Of a stretch of 64,000 bases of DNA, positions 30,048-39,798 are shown in pieces (position 1 is the stretch's first letter; each line of letters opens with the position of its first letter). The stretch is taken from positions 208,814 through 272,813 of the forward strand of contig JBGTEY010000013.1 in the NCBI GenBank assembly GCA_041747555.1, in the 5' to 3' direction. Under the pieces are notes generated by a model. It did not search any database, was not told the DNA's origin, and saw only the letters and a program-made list of their open reading frames with translations. The position numbers and the translations under genes are program-made. The stretch comes from Patescibacteria group bacterium. Its GTDB lineage: Bacteria > Patescibacteriota > Microgenomatia > UBA1400 > PJMF01.

Positions 30048-31064
30048 CTAGTTGAAAACACTATTTTCTAGTACCTTTTTAGTTAACGCATTTCCCTCAA
30101 AAAAAGTTGTGTATGTTTTGAATGAATAATACTGAGCATTTCCCGTATCGACCAATACATACATTTCGCTATATCTTTGATCATTTTTATCAAATGCACC
30201 CCGCTCAAGGTAATATATTTTTTTACCATCGTCCATGATGGCTGTATCGACTGTTTTTTTATAAACCACAGGATGTTCAATTGGAACAAAATACCTCTGT
30301 GCAATATCAAGTAGGTATTGCATAGCCTCTTGATCAGTGCTGACTGAATAATCAGTGTTAAAGTCAATGATAGTAACTCCAATAAACCTATTGTTGTTCA
30401 TGGTTGTTGTGCGGTCAGCCAAATATTCAGAATTGTACGTTCTCAAATAGTAGTTACTTGGTGCTTGATGATCCGCAAGTTCAAAATCAGCAGGATACCT
30501 AAATACAATACCTCTATCAGTGAGGTATTCATCGCTCAAAGATGGATCCCGAATCGAATTTCGCTGAGTGATGCTCAAATCATTTACGGTGAGACCACTT
30601 TCAAGCGCATGAACATTTGCACGTTCTGTTGACCGCGAAGTTCTTTTATTGAAATCGTACGCATACGCTCCACCAAAAACTAAGACGAAATATATTGCAA
30701 GCAGAAGAGACGTTTTGATTAATTGAACGTTTGTTGGTTTGCTTACTATTTTATAAATGAAAAGAGCAAGTAAGTATGCAAGAAGTATATTTATAAATAG
30801 TATTACAGCTATAGTGGGTCCCAGCATGCATAAATCACCCTTACCCTCGCATGAATCAGTAAAAAATAGTGCAGCAATCAGCACGCTTGGAAGCATCATG
30901 ATTTGAGAAGTGACGTAAAAAAGCAGCGGCGAAAAAAGCAAGAAAATGAAGGGATATTTTTTAAGAAAATTCATATGTAATTCCAGTATAGCACTTAGCA
31001 TACATCGCGACTTTATTTGCTTACTGCTCAGAAAAACCACACATATATCTGCAATTTCAACCAC
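30048..31064 (-). CDS. hypothetical membrane protein (about 4 TM helices, C-terminal soluble domain)
   Basis: Hydrophobic helices in the first about 150 residues. The remainder is hydrophilic with no recognised motif. Several in-frame Met codons make the true start uncertain. Confidence 0.3.
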   Translation of the reverse strand: MVEIADICVVFLSSKQIKSRCMLSAILELHMNFLKKYPFIFLLFSPLLFYVTSQIMMLPSVLIAALFFTDSCEGKGDLCMLGPTIAVILFINILLAYLLALFIYKIVSKPTNVQLIKTSLLLAIYFVLVFGGAYAYDFNKRTSRSTERANVHALESGLTVNDLSITQRNSIRDPSLSDEYLTDRGIVFRYPADFELADHQAPSNYYLRTYNSEYLADRTTTMNNNRFIGVTIIDFNTDYSVSTDQEAMQYLLDIAQRYFVPIEHPVVYKKTVDTAIMDDGKKIYYLERGAFDKNDQRYSEMYVLVDTGNAQYYSFKTYTTFFEGNALTKKVLENSVFN

Positions 31065-31170
31065 AATTAATCAAAACTATACCCCACCATCAAAGACTGA
31101 TATAATAAGCATAATTGAAACTACTGATCCAATCATACTGCTCATGAGCCTGAATTCCTAAATACCAACT

Positions 31171-32454
31171 ATGCCCACCCCTGATCTCTATCCAGTTATT
31201 TTTAATGTGATTATTTTACTGACACTGTCTGCTATTTTTTCTGGAGCAGAAACGGCGTTCACTAATCTATCTAGAGCGCGGATGGAGGTCATAAAAGACG
31301 ATGGAAAATTCGCATCAGAAATAATGTATCAGCTGTACAAAAGACTTGATTTATTGATAACACTAACACTGGCATTGAGTAACGGCGTAAATATTTTACT
31401 TGCAACATATTTGACAATTTTTTTCAGCAGCCTTTTTGGCGTTGATTTGGGTGGTACGTTGTCAGCTACGATAGGTACGTTGCTTGTCATAATTTTCGGA
31501 GAAATAATTCCCAAGAAAGTTGCAATTTTATTTCCTGTTGAATTTTCTAGAGCCACTTCTCATCTACTTTCGTTCCTCAATGTCATCCTATATCCCTTGC
31601 TGTATCCGCTGAAGTTGCTCAACCAACTCATGGACGCCATAGCAAAAAAATACGTTGTAATTGACGATGTAGAATTCCGTGAGGTAATGCAGCAAGAAAT
31701 TAAGGCTACATTGGGAATCGGTCACACCCATGGCGCACTGGAGAGTAAAGAGTACCAAATGATGAAAAAGCTACTCCTACTCAATGACAAGGAAGTAAAA
31801 GAAATCATGACTCATCGAAACGACATCTATGCCGTTCCTGCGCACAAGACACTCAGGGAAGTAATTGAAATTTCTTCGCAACTCAATATTTCAAGGCTCC
31901 CGATTTATACGAAAAGCTTGGACAATATCGAGTATATTATTCATGTACCACAACTCAGTCAGTTTTTCTTGGACCCGAGCAATTTAGACAAAAAGATCCT
32001 AGAATTTTGCACTACAAAGGCATTTAAAGTTCCTGAAACCAAAATTCTTGATGATCTGTTCTTTGAGTTTCAAAAAAAACGAGTACATATGGCAATTGTC
32101 TTAAATGAGTTTGGCAGAACGAGCGGTGTCATTACACTAGAAGACATTGTCGAACAAATCTTTGGTGAGATTGAAGATGAAACGGATGAAGTAGAAGTTT
32201 CCGTCGAGGCAATTGATGAATTCAAAGTGAGGGCAGACGGAGATGCCACGATAGAAGAAGTTCAAGATATCTTGAACATCCGGTTTCCTGATGAATTCCC
32301 TCGACACAAAACCATGAGCTGGGTGATTCTGGATATTTTACATAGATTTCCTGATGAAGGGGAGGTCATTACGGTTCCTGGCACAAATATTGATATTGAA
32401 GTCGTCGATAAGGATGGCGAGTATGTGGATAAGGTTTTTGTTGAGGTGAAGTAA
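31171..32454 (+). CDS. CNNM/HlyC-CorC family transporter (DUF21 TM domain + CBS pair + CorC_HlyC)
   Basis: 427 aa. N-terminal 4-TM DUF21 region, a central CBS pair, and C-terminal TLEDIVEQIFGEIEDETDE (CorC/HlyC transporter-associated domain). Confidence 0.8.
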   Translation: MPTPDLYPVIFNVIILLTLSAIFSGAETAFTNLSRARMEVIKDDGKFASEIMYQLYKRLDLLITLTLALSNGVNILLATYLTIFFSSLFGVDLGGTLSATIGTLLVIIFGEIIPKKVAILFPVEFSRATSHLLSFLNVILYPLLYPLKLLNQLMDAIAKKYVVIDDVEFREVMQQEIKATLGIGHTHGALESKEYQMMKKLLLLNDKEVKEIMTHRNDIYAVPAHKTLREVIEISSQLNISRLPIYTKSLDNIEYIIHVPQLSQFFLDPSNLDKKILEFCTTKAFKVPETKILDDLFFEFQKKRVHMAIVLNEFGRTSGVITLEDIVEQIFGEIEDETDEVEVSVEAIDEFKVRADGDATIEEVQDILNIRFPDEFPRHKTMSWVILDILHRFPDEGEVITVPGTNIDIEVVDKDGEYVDKVFVEVK

Positions 32455-32514
32455 GATTCTTTTTTTCTGGAGGTCGATGCAGGAATGCTTTATGTGAAAA
32501 GAAAGTAGTGAGCC

Positions 32515-33351
32515 ATGACTCAAAAACAAAAAAATCTCTCTGGAAAATACCTCATCTATAAGTTACTCACCAATCTCTGGTTTGTAGGCGCTGTTTGGCT
32601 GTATTTTTATCGACTTTTCATTACGGATCAACAGGTAGGTATTTTAGATGGTATGGCGTTCGCCATTGGTTTACTCGCTGAAGTGCCGTCAGGTGTTATG
32701 GCTGATAGATTTGGGCGAGACAAAATGGTTAAGATAGGGCAAGTTCTCGTCGGCGGAGGTTTTCTCATTCAAGCGTTTGGGAGTAGCTTCGCGCCATTCG
32801 TTGTCGGTCAGTCTATATTGATGATTGGCGTATCTTTTATATCTGGTGCAGATGAAGCTCTCTTTTTTGACACACTTCAATTTAAGCAAACCGTTGATTG
32901 GCGAAAGCTCATTACCAGAGGTTCTCAAATTGCATTGATAGGAACAACCGCCGCACTACTGATTGGTGGATGGTTTCATGAAATTAATCCCAGGATCCCC
33001 TGGATCCTGACGGGTTTGTCATTCTTGTGTTCAGTATTCCTAATTTGGTCCATCAAAGACGATCGACCCGAGAGAGCGAAACAAAATGCAGTGTCTGAGC
33101 TCAAAGAGCAACTTGTAGAAATTAAATCTGGCTTTACCCAATTTAGCTCGAAGAAGCTGGTTTTGTATGTGCCAATCATTGGATATCTCAATACTCATAA
33201 CAAGCTTGAGTACTTTTTAGTTTTTTGGTCAATCTTAATTGGTGCCGCAATTGCTTATTATCTTTCACGAAAGAAGCATGATACTACGATCAGTTTAGAT
33301 AACAAGGAAATTGATCTTGAGCGAGTGCCAGAAATGCCTGCCGTACAATGA
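32515..33351 (+). CDS. MFS-like membrane protein, half-size (about 6 TM)
   Basis: MFS motif A GVMADRFGRDKMVKIG between TM2 and TM3. Only 278 aa, roughly one MFS repeat. Confidence 0.45.
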   Translation: MTQKQKNLSGKYLIYKLLTNLWFVGAVWLYFYRLFITDQQVGILDGMAFAIGLLAEVPSGVMADRFGRDKMVKIGQVLVGGGFLIQAFGSSFAPFVVGQSILMIGVSFISGADEALFFDTLQFKQTVDWRKLITRGSQIALIGTTAALLIGGWFHEINPRIPWILTGLSFLCSVFLIWSIKDDRPERAKQNAVSELKEQLVEIKSGFTQFSSKKLVLYVPIIGYLNTHNKLEYFLVFWSILIGAAIAYYLSRKKHDTTISLDNKEIDLERVPEMPAVQ

Positions 33352-33460
33352 CATATTCTAAAACGTGCTTTTAATTCGTAACGCTACTGCTACCATATCT
33401 TAAAACCCCTTTGACTAGTCGTTTTTGATCTATTTTGCTATAATTACTATCAGCAATTGA

Positions 33461-34795
33461 ATGCCTTTTAAACCTGAACACACGAGCTACACATTCAAAC
33501 AGTCTGAAATTATTGATGGCTCGTTATTCCATGCACAAAAGGGTACTGGCTATGAAATGGACATTAGTGGCTACTTACAACTTTTACAACAGGTAACCGC
33601 AAATGATGAACTACAGGAACGCCATCTGCCCGAAATTTCGCCTCATAGCGACGGTATAGATGCATTACTAAAAACATTAGCCATCTGCCTTCCGGTTGAG
33701 CTTCGTAATTACAACAGAACACTGGAGCAACAAGACTTATACGCAGAACTCAATGAGATAGTGAATGATCAATTTCAAACAGCACGCCAACTACTTGATG
33801 AACGATTGGCTGAGCTGAATATCTCTGAGCGTGAGCTTCCATCAATTGAGCTTGATGATCAAACCCAGACTGCTATTTCACAGGTGCAGGAGCATGCATG
33901 GTACTTGGTTTTACTCAATCATCGAGTGATTTATAGTGCGACACGAGCGCACGCCCAGTGGTCAAATTTAGATCCTATAGAACAACAAGATTTGCTCCAG
34001 CTCACGCTCATGAGCTGTTGGCGCTCAGCTTGTCGACATAAGCCTGAGCACGGAGCATTTTTAACGTACCTTGGTAGTTATCTACCAGATCACATCGGCG
34101 AACTCGCTGCTGCAGTCCAAGGAATTAGCAAAAATCACAAAGTAAATTATCTAGACAGCTACAAGCATGCGCGAGTTCAACTAAGGGGAACTGTACTCGA
34201 TTACCCATATTGGCACGAACTCTATGCCTGTATGGTTTTTGATAAAAAGGCAGGAAGGCTTTCATATCAAGAGCCACTCAGAGCTATTTTGGCATATGAG
34301 CGAATATACCGTGGGAATCGTCCAATTCATGATGACAATGATGTGTTACGCTGGCACAACTCTTTACAAAACATGAGAGAGACGCTCGATTTCAGTCGCT
34401 TACCTAGGTTAAGGCAAATACTGGATCTGGCATACCCACTTTCACTTGATCGAGAACGACTTATTTATTTTTTCAATGAACGAGGCGATCTTGACTCGCT
34501 CCATGGCGACATCTATTATCGGCTTTCAACTGAAGAAGAGGACATTCCAGATCTCGTTGATCAGCGTCTCCTGGAGGATCAGGTGCTCAAGGTATTTGAA
34601 TACCTCGATGCTCGAGAAGTATTAGTACTACAACTTCGGTATGGGCTACATGGTATGGGTGAACACACTTTAGATGAGGTGGGTGAAATTATCGGTAGAA
34701 CATATGAGCGAGCACGCCAGATTGAGAGTAGCGCTTTAAGAAAACTACGTCACCCCAGTCGAAGTTATCTTATTGAAGATTTTAGGTCGGAATAA
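33461..34795 (+). CDS. sigma-70-family-like protein with canonical region 4.2 but highly degenerate region 2 and a long unique N-terminus
   Basis: C-terminus LDAREVLVLQLRYGL..HTLDEVGEIIGRTYERARQIESSALRKLRHPSRS is near-identical in pattern to RpoD region 4.2, including the RKLRHPSRS ending. NLDPIEQQDLLQLTLMSCWRSACRHKPEHGAFLTYLGSYLPDHI aligns positionally with region 2.1-2.4 (DLIQEGNIGLMKAV.KF.YRRGYKFSTYATWWIRQAI), but the conserved -10-recognition aromatics are replaced. Confidence 0.55.
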   Translation: MPFKPEHTSYTFKQSEIIDGSLFHAQKGTGYEMDISGYLQLLQQVTANDELQERHLPEISPHSDGIDALLKTLAICLPVELRNYNRTLEQQDLYAELNEIVNDQFQTARQLLDERLAELNISERELPSIELDDQTQTAISQVQEHAWYLVLLNHRVIYSATRAHAQWSNLDPIEQQDLLQLTLMSCWRSACRHKPEHGAFLTYLGSYLPDHIGELAAAVQGISKNHKVNYLDSYKHARVQLRGTVLDYPYWHELYACMVFDKKAGRLSYQEPLRAILAYERIYRGNRPIHDDNDVLRWHNSLQNMRETLDFSRLPRLRQILDLAYPLSLDRERLIYFFNERGDLDSLHGDIYYRLSTEEEDIPDLVDQRLLEDQVLKVFEYLDAREVLVLQLRYGLHGMGEHTLDEVGEIIGRTYERARQIESSALRKLRHPSRSYLIEDFRSE

Positions 34796-34842
34796 TTATA
34801 GTGTCTTTCGCTTATTAAGTTTCGGATTATATGGAGACATTG

Positions 34843-35490
34843 TTAGCCAACAAGTAGAAAATAATACACTAAACTGTTCCAAATTCCATGCGTGAGACTT
34901 GAGGCATAAATAGATTTTGTTACCCTAAATACAGTCGTGTGAATTGCACCCATAATAAGAATAAACACGACGCGAGTCACGGTTTCCATAACCGTCCCCG
35001 AGCTCATAGCCAAGATTGGCACATGCGCTAAGAGAAACAATACTTGCACAACCAGAAACGAAACAATTTCATTAGTTTTCTGCAACAGCCACACATATAA
35101 AAATCCCCGATACACAATTTCTTCCACAACTGCAGTAGCGAAATTAATAATCAGCCCAGTTGCTACTAGTGTGTACGAAAAATCCGGCACAACTACCTGT
35201 CGAAAATTGATTAGATAAAAGTAGACAGCAATGAAAAGTGAGGGGAGTAAAAATATTTTCCAGAAGGGACGAGTTGTTGAATATGAGTTTTTTAAATCGT
35301 CTAAGACTTTTTTTGGAATCAATCCCATACCTAAAAATAAACATGTAGCGCCAATCCAAATCACAGGTTTTGCAACAACCTCAGAGAAAAATTCGGGGAG
35401 TTCAAATAAGCGATATATTCCCCATGACACAGAGATTGCAAGCCACCATATCAAGAGATTTTTATATGTTAGTACCTTCGTTGAACTCAT
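34843..35490 (-). CDS. CPBP family intramembrane glutamic endopeptidase (CAAX protease/Abi-like)
   Basis: EEIVYRGFL (motif 1, EExxxR) and FLLAH..H (motif 2) embedded in a polytopic membrane protein of 215 aa. Confidence 0.7.
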   Translation of the reverse strand: MSSTKVLTYKNLLIWWLAISVSWGIYRLFELPEFFSEVVAKPVIWIGATCLFLGMGLIPKKVLDDLKNSYSTTRPFWKIFLLPSLFIAVYFYLINFRQVVVPDFSYTLVATGLIINFATAVVEEIVYRGFLYVWLLQKTNEIVSFLVVQVLFLLAHVPILAMSSGTVMETVTRVVFILIMGAIHTTVFRVTKSIYASSLTHGIWNSLVYYFLLVG

Positions 35491-35659
35491 AAAAATAGTG
35501 TATCAGCAAAATGGAATATAAAAGATAATCAAATGTTTGGCTTCAACCAGGGGCTGAGAGTGATGAGTTAGTTCAGTTTTCAGAAGAAAATGACATGAAT
35601 ATAACTTACAACCGTTGCTTCATGACTGAGCGGGGGATTTGATAGAAATCTTTTTGCAG

Positions 35660-36211
35660 TTACTGAATCTTCAATACATAGAGCAACTCAACAAAACTGT
35701 CGTCAGGTCGTCGCACTTCTGTGTAAAAATGCATTTTCTTTGGATCTAATTTGTAGGGTGCTTCGCCACGAAATGATTTGTATCTCTTGCTATTGTAGTG
35801 CATACCACCTGAAACTTTTCCTCTGTACAAATTGTACACCTCTCGAAGACCAACCACGTGTTGCATGCTGTGTGTTTGCGTGACTTCTGCGCCTTCACTA
35901 TAGCTTGATCTGCGACAAGTAATTTCACAGTCTATTCCTCCGCCATCGCGTTGCACGGTCACTTTCAGCTCAAGATTGTCTGATGAAGCTTGAACATTGA
36001 ATAATCGATACTTCAAGCTCTTATATATGCCAGCTTGCGTACGGTAATCAACTTCCATACGAAACTCAGACTCAGGCTGCCGCTGATAATTATTCCAGAT
36101 GTAATTTGCGAGCGCCAGAGCGCACATTGAGTGTGGTTGCATGGGGTGATTATACCAGATGTAGTCAGGACGAAGGATCAAAAATCTAGATTTTCTTTTC
36201 TGGAACTCCAT
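35660..36211 (-). CDS. hypothetical protein
   Basis: 183 aa, soluble, no recognisable motif. Overlaps the 3' end of the upstream membrane-protein ORF by 34 nt. Confidence 0.3.
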   Translation of the reverse strand: MEFQKRKSRFLILRPDYIWYNHPMQPHSMCALALANYIWNNYQRQPESEFRMEVDYRTQAGIYKSLKYRLFNVQASSDNLELKVTVQRDGGGIDCEITCRRSSYSEGAEVTQTHSMQHVVGLREVYNLYRGKVSGGMHYNSKRYKSFRGEAPYKLDPKKMHFYTEVRRPDDSFVELLYVLKIQ

Positions 36212-36789
36212 TTTAGTGTACTATTCCTCAGACAGTACAGTGTGAACAGAAAAACAAACGTAAATAAAACTCCGTACGTAATCCAAAATGACTGCGGAAA
36301 GAGCTGAATTAATATGCTGTTTATAGGAAACTGCCATGTTCCTTCAGCAAAAAAAACTCGGTGGAATTGAGTAAAAAACCAACTCCAATTTAAAACCGAT
36401 ACCATGACCAATACTCCGATGACAGCAATACCGATGTTCACGCCATCTCGTGTCACATCTAGTATTATTTTTCGATGCACTCTCCATACCCCAAACAGAA
36501 AAAACATCCCCGCTAACCCCAAAATAAACAACCAACCTAACGCACGCTGCACGTCTATGAGATGCGAGTGTTCTTGAGGCAGAAGTTGAGAGTCAGTAAT
36601 AGAAACGAACATCTGCCAAAACGGTACCGTAATTGCATAGACGTCAAATGCAACTTGAGAGACAACTTCGCCATGCACTACAAGAAAAATTGCCCCAAAT
36701 ACCCAAGGACTGGAAATTACAAATACACTCGCAGCAGTTACAACTACGAAGAGTACCAAAAGCAGCAGTGAGCGAAAAAACACGTCCAT
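36178..36789 (-). CDS. hypothetical polytopic membrane protein
   Basis: 203 aa with about 5 hydrophobic helices. No motif recognised. Confidence 0.3.
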   Translation of the reverse strand: MDVFFRSLLLLVLFVVVTAASVFVISSPWVFGAIFLVVHGEVVSQVAFDVYAITVPFWQMFVSITDSQLLPQEHSHLIDVQRALGWLFILGLAGMFFLFGVWRVHRKIILDVTRDGVNIGIAVIGVLVMVSVLNWSWFFTQFHRVFFAEGTWQFPINSILIQLFPQSFWITYGVLFTFVFLFTLYCLRNSTLKWSSRKENLDF

Positions 36790-36898
36790 AAACGTAGTAT
36801 CTCACAACTAAGATTTACAAAACGATTGCAATAATCTTCACATCACCTTTCATCTCATGTATGCTATTTGTAGCTTAATACATGGAAAACCTGCCCCT

Positions 36899-38155
36899 AT
36901 GATCATAAAATCCATAACTGCTTACGAAATATTGGCTTCTGGTGGGTATCCAACGCTAGAAGCGCGAGTGATGCTAGAAAATGGTGCTGTTGGCACGGCA
37001 TCAGTGCCATATGGCGCTTCTGCTGGGTCACATGAGGCAACGGTTCTCATCGATGGTGATGCACATCGCTACAACGGTCAAGGAATGCTCAAAGCTGTAC
37101 GCAATGTGACAGAAATCATAGCTCCTGCTCTCATCGGAAAGAATTCCCATGATCAGCGTGCTTGCGATAATATCATGCGCGAATTAGATGGAACGCCAAA
37201 TAAATCTCATCTAGGCGGGAATGCCATATTAGCGGTATCGGTTGCGATCGCACGAGCAGCAGCTGCAGATCAACACATTGAGCTCTACCAGCACCTCAGC
37301 AACCATTTTGTGACAACAATTAATGCCCACGCGCTTCCAAAACCCATGGTAGTTGCAATCGAGGGCGGAAAACACGCGGATAATTCCACAGATTTGCAAG
37401 AATACTGCTTGAGCGCGCTCGGCACGGCCCCAACTGCAGAAAAAATTAGAACGGTCCTCGAAACCTATCACACGCTTAAAAAAATTCTCCAAAAGGCAGG
37501 CTTTTCAACAAATGTAGGTAACGAAGGAGCGTTTGCTCCCGATGGTATCCCTAATAACGAGGTACCGCTTAAGTACCTCACCCAAGCAATAGAGCAGGCT
37601 GGATATGAACCTGGTGTTGACATCGGAATCTCAATTGATGCGGCTGCATCTGAGTTTTTTGAAGATGGAATGTACAATCTCAAACTTGAAAAAAAGAAAG
37701 TTACTGCCCACGAATTAACTGAATACTACCTCCCGTGGCTCAAGAAATACCCAATCGTGACAGTTGAAGACATGCATCACGAAGACGAATGGGAGGAGTG
37801 GTCCGTGTTTAAGAAACTATGCGATGAATATTCTATTCCATTGATTGGAGATGATTTAACCGTTACAAATATTGATCGGCTAAATCGAGCAATTTCCACC
37901 AACGCCATCAGTGGCATTCTAATCAAACTCAACCAAATAGGAACAGTCACAGAGACCATTGACTGCTGCCTTCTCGCTAAACACGAAGGCATGATAACCG
38001 TCACCTCTCATCGAGGTGGGGGAGAAACAAATGATGCCGCCATGGTTGATGTGGCAGTTGCAGTTGGATCCGCGTACATAAAAGTTGGACCAACTCGAGG
38101 AGAGCGGGTTAGCAAGTATAATCGACTCCTAGAGATTGAGCGCCAGTTGCGATGA
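36899..38155 (+). CDS. eno: enolase (phosphopyruvate hydratase)
   Basis: MIIKSITAYEILASGGYPTLEARVMLENGAVGTASVPYGASAGSHEA is the enolase N-terminal signature. The ATG at 36899 is chosen over the ORF-track start (36857) on homology grounds. Confidence 0.9.
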   Translation: MIIKSITAYEILASGGYPTLEARVMLENGAVGTASVPYGASAGSHEATVLIDGDAHRYNGQGMLKAVRNVTEIIAPALIGKNSHDQRACDNIMRELDGTPNKSHLGGNAILAVSVAIARAAAADQHIELYQHLSNHFVTTINAHALPKPMVVAIEGGKHADNSTDLQEYCLSALGTAPTAEKIRTVLETYHTLKKILQKAGFSTNVGNEGAFAPDGIPNNEVPLKYLTQAIEQAGYEPGVDIGISIDAAASEFFEDGMYNLKLEKKKVTAHELTEYYLPWLKKYPIVTVEDMHHEDEWEEWSVFKKLCDEYSIPLIGDDLTVTNIDRLNRAISTNAISGILIKLNQIGTVTETIDCCLLAKHEGMITVTSHRGGGETNDAAMVDVAVAVGSAYIKVGPTRGERVSKYNRLLEIERQLR

Positions 38156-38162
38156 AATATTT

Positions 38163-39131
38163 ATGATTGCTTCACTGTTTAGCTTTGGTGTTGGCTTGGC
38201 AGTAATGCTGGCTTCGTCGCATGTATTTTTGAATTTGAGCAAACAGGCTGCAGCGCGCTGGAAGTTTTCACCTTTGTTTGTATCATTGGTGATCGTGGCA
38301 CTTGGCACAAATTTGCCAGAACTTACCGTGACTGTGGCTGCAATTGCCCGAAACGATACTGGTTTAGCGATTGGAAATTTATTAGGAAGTAGCATAGCTA
38401 ACCTAACACTTGTCTTGGGAACGGTCACTTTGTTCGGTGCAGTTAGGATCGGAACCACCAAAACCCCCAAAAATGCTGCTTTGTTGCTCGCAACTACGCT
38501 GGTTTTTTGCGGTCTATTATTATCTGCGGTATCTGCACAGATAGCAGCCCTTATTCTCGTTACTATACTTGGACTTGGATTGACCTATCAATATATTTTG
38601 GCTCGAAATGGCCGGTTACATGAGGATAAAAAACTACTTAAGCTCCTTGATACTTTTAGTAAAAAAAACAAAAAACTTCCGACGTCTTTGTTCGTGCTTG
38701 CACTCATCGCAAGTATATCGGGACTAGGGGTGGGTGGGTATGTCAGTGTCCAAGCTGTCAGCAGATTGGCAGACATTCTCGGTCTCACTACAAGCTTTCT
38801 TGGGTTCACGCTGACCGCTGTTTCCACTTCATTGCCTGAATTACTGACAGTTCTCATTGCTTCAAACACTAAGGATGCCAAGGTCGTTGTTGGCACGCTA
38901 ATTGGTTCTAACTTATTTAACCTCACGCTGTTCCCCGCCATCATCATGATGTATCAAGGGATGCCGTATGTAGACTTACTGTCCTTGGGATCAATTGTGA
39001 TGGTGACCGTGATTTTTGCGGCGCTCGTGAATTACCATAAGGGAGATAGTGTGCCAAAAAGTATTAGCGTTGGATTGCTGCTGTTGTACGCGTCAATTAC
39101 GCTCCTCACGTACTACATGACCACCATTTGA
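38163..39131 (+). CDS. Ca2+:cation antiporter (CaCA / YrbG-like sodium-calcium exchanger family)
   Basis: Two alpha-repeat motifs, GTNLPELTVTVAAIARNDTGLAIGNLLGSSIANLTLVLG and TSLPELLTVLIASNTKDAKVVVGTLIGSNLFNLTL. About 10 TM helices. Confidence 0.7.
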   Translation: MIASLFSFGVGLAVMLASSHVFLNLSKQAAARWKFSPLFVSLVIVALGTNLPELTVTVAAIARNDTGLAIGNLLGSSIANLTLVLGTVTLFGAVRIGTTKTPKNAALLLATTLVFCGLLLSAVSAQIAALILVTILGLGLTYQYILARNGRLHEDKKLLKLLDTFSKKNKKLPTSLFVLALIASISGLGVGGYVSVQAVSRLADILGLTTSFLGFTLTAVSTSLPELLTVLIASNTKDAKVVVGTLIGSNLFNLTLFPAIIMMYQGMPYVDLLSLGSIVMVTVIFAALVNYHKGDSVPKSISVGLLLLYASITLLTYYMTTI

Positions 39132-39163
39132 ACTTTTCGTGGAATGTTAATTTCCAGATTAAA

Positions 39164-39724
39164 TTAGGCTCGTGAAATGTATGTTTTTGTTTCTGTGTCG
39201 ATGATGAGTGAGTCGCCTTTTTTGACAAAAAGTGGTGCTTGAACTACCAGCCCTGTTTCAAGCGTTACTTCTTTTCGTGCTTGACCAACGGTATTTCCAG
39301 CAACAGCCTCGATTGCGTCGGTGACCTTGAGCGTTACTTTGGGCGGGAGACTTATGCCGATTGGTGTCTCATCATTAAAGATCACATAGACCTGCACGTC
39401 TGGTGTAAGGAGTTGCAGTGAGTCCTCTGCGAAGCTGACGGGTATTGAAACTTGCTCATATGTCCGCGCGTTCATAAAAACTACTTCTGAACTATCATGA
39501 TAGAGGTACTGGAGTTGTTGATTGGTAACGTCAATTTGTGGGACCGATTCGTTAGATTTATAGGTGAAATCAACAGTGTTGCCAGTTTCAAAATTGCGCA
39601 ATTTTACTCGCATGAATGCAGAGCCTTTGCCCGGACTTATAAAATCCGTTTTGACAACTTGATGTGGCTGCCCCTTGAAAGAGATATACATGTGTTTTCT
39701 GAGTGAACCTGCTTTAATTTCTGG
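39164..39724 (-). CDS. efp: elongation factor P
   Basis: SLRKHMYISFKGQPHQVVKTDFISPGKGSAFMRVKLRNFETG contains the conserved KPGKG loop (the modified-lysine position). Three OB-like domains. Start taken at MPEIKAG. Confidence 0.85.
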   Translation of the reverse strand, partial: PEIKAGSLRKHMYISFKGQPHQVVKTDFISPGKGSAFMRVKLRNFETGNTVDFTYKSNESVPQIDVTNQQLQYLYHDSSEVVFMNARTYEQVSIPVSFAEDSLQLLTPDVQVYVIFNDETPIGISLPPKVTLKVTDAIEAVAGNTVGQARKEVTLETGLVVQAPLFVKKGDSLIIDTETKTYISRA

Positions 39725-39798
39725 CATGATTGGTATTGTAGCACGAAGATAGTTGACCAATTGCTCGGTTCGACGATGTAATTCTAACTAGCAGAACG

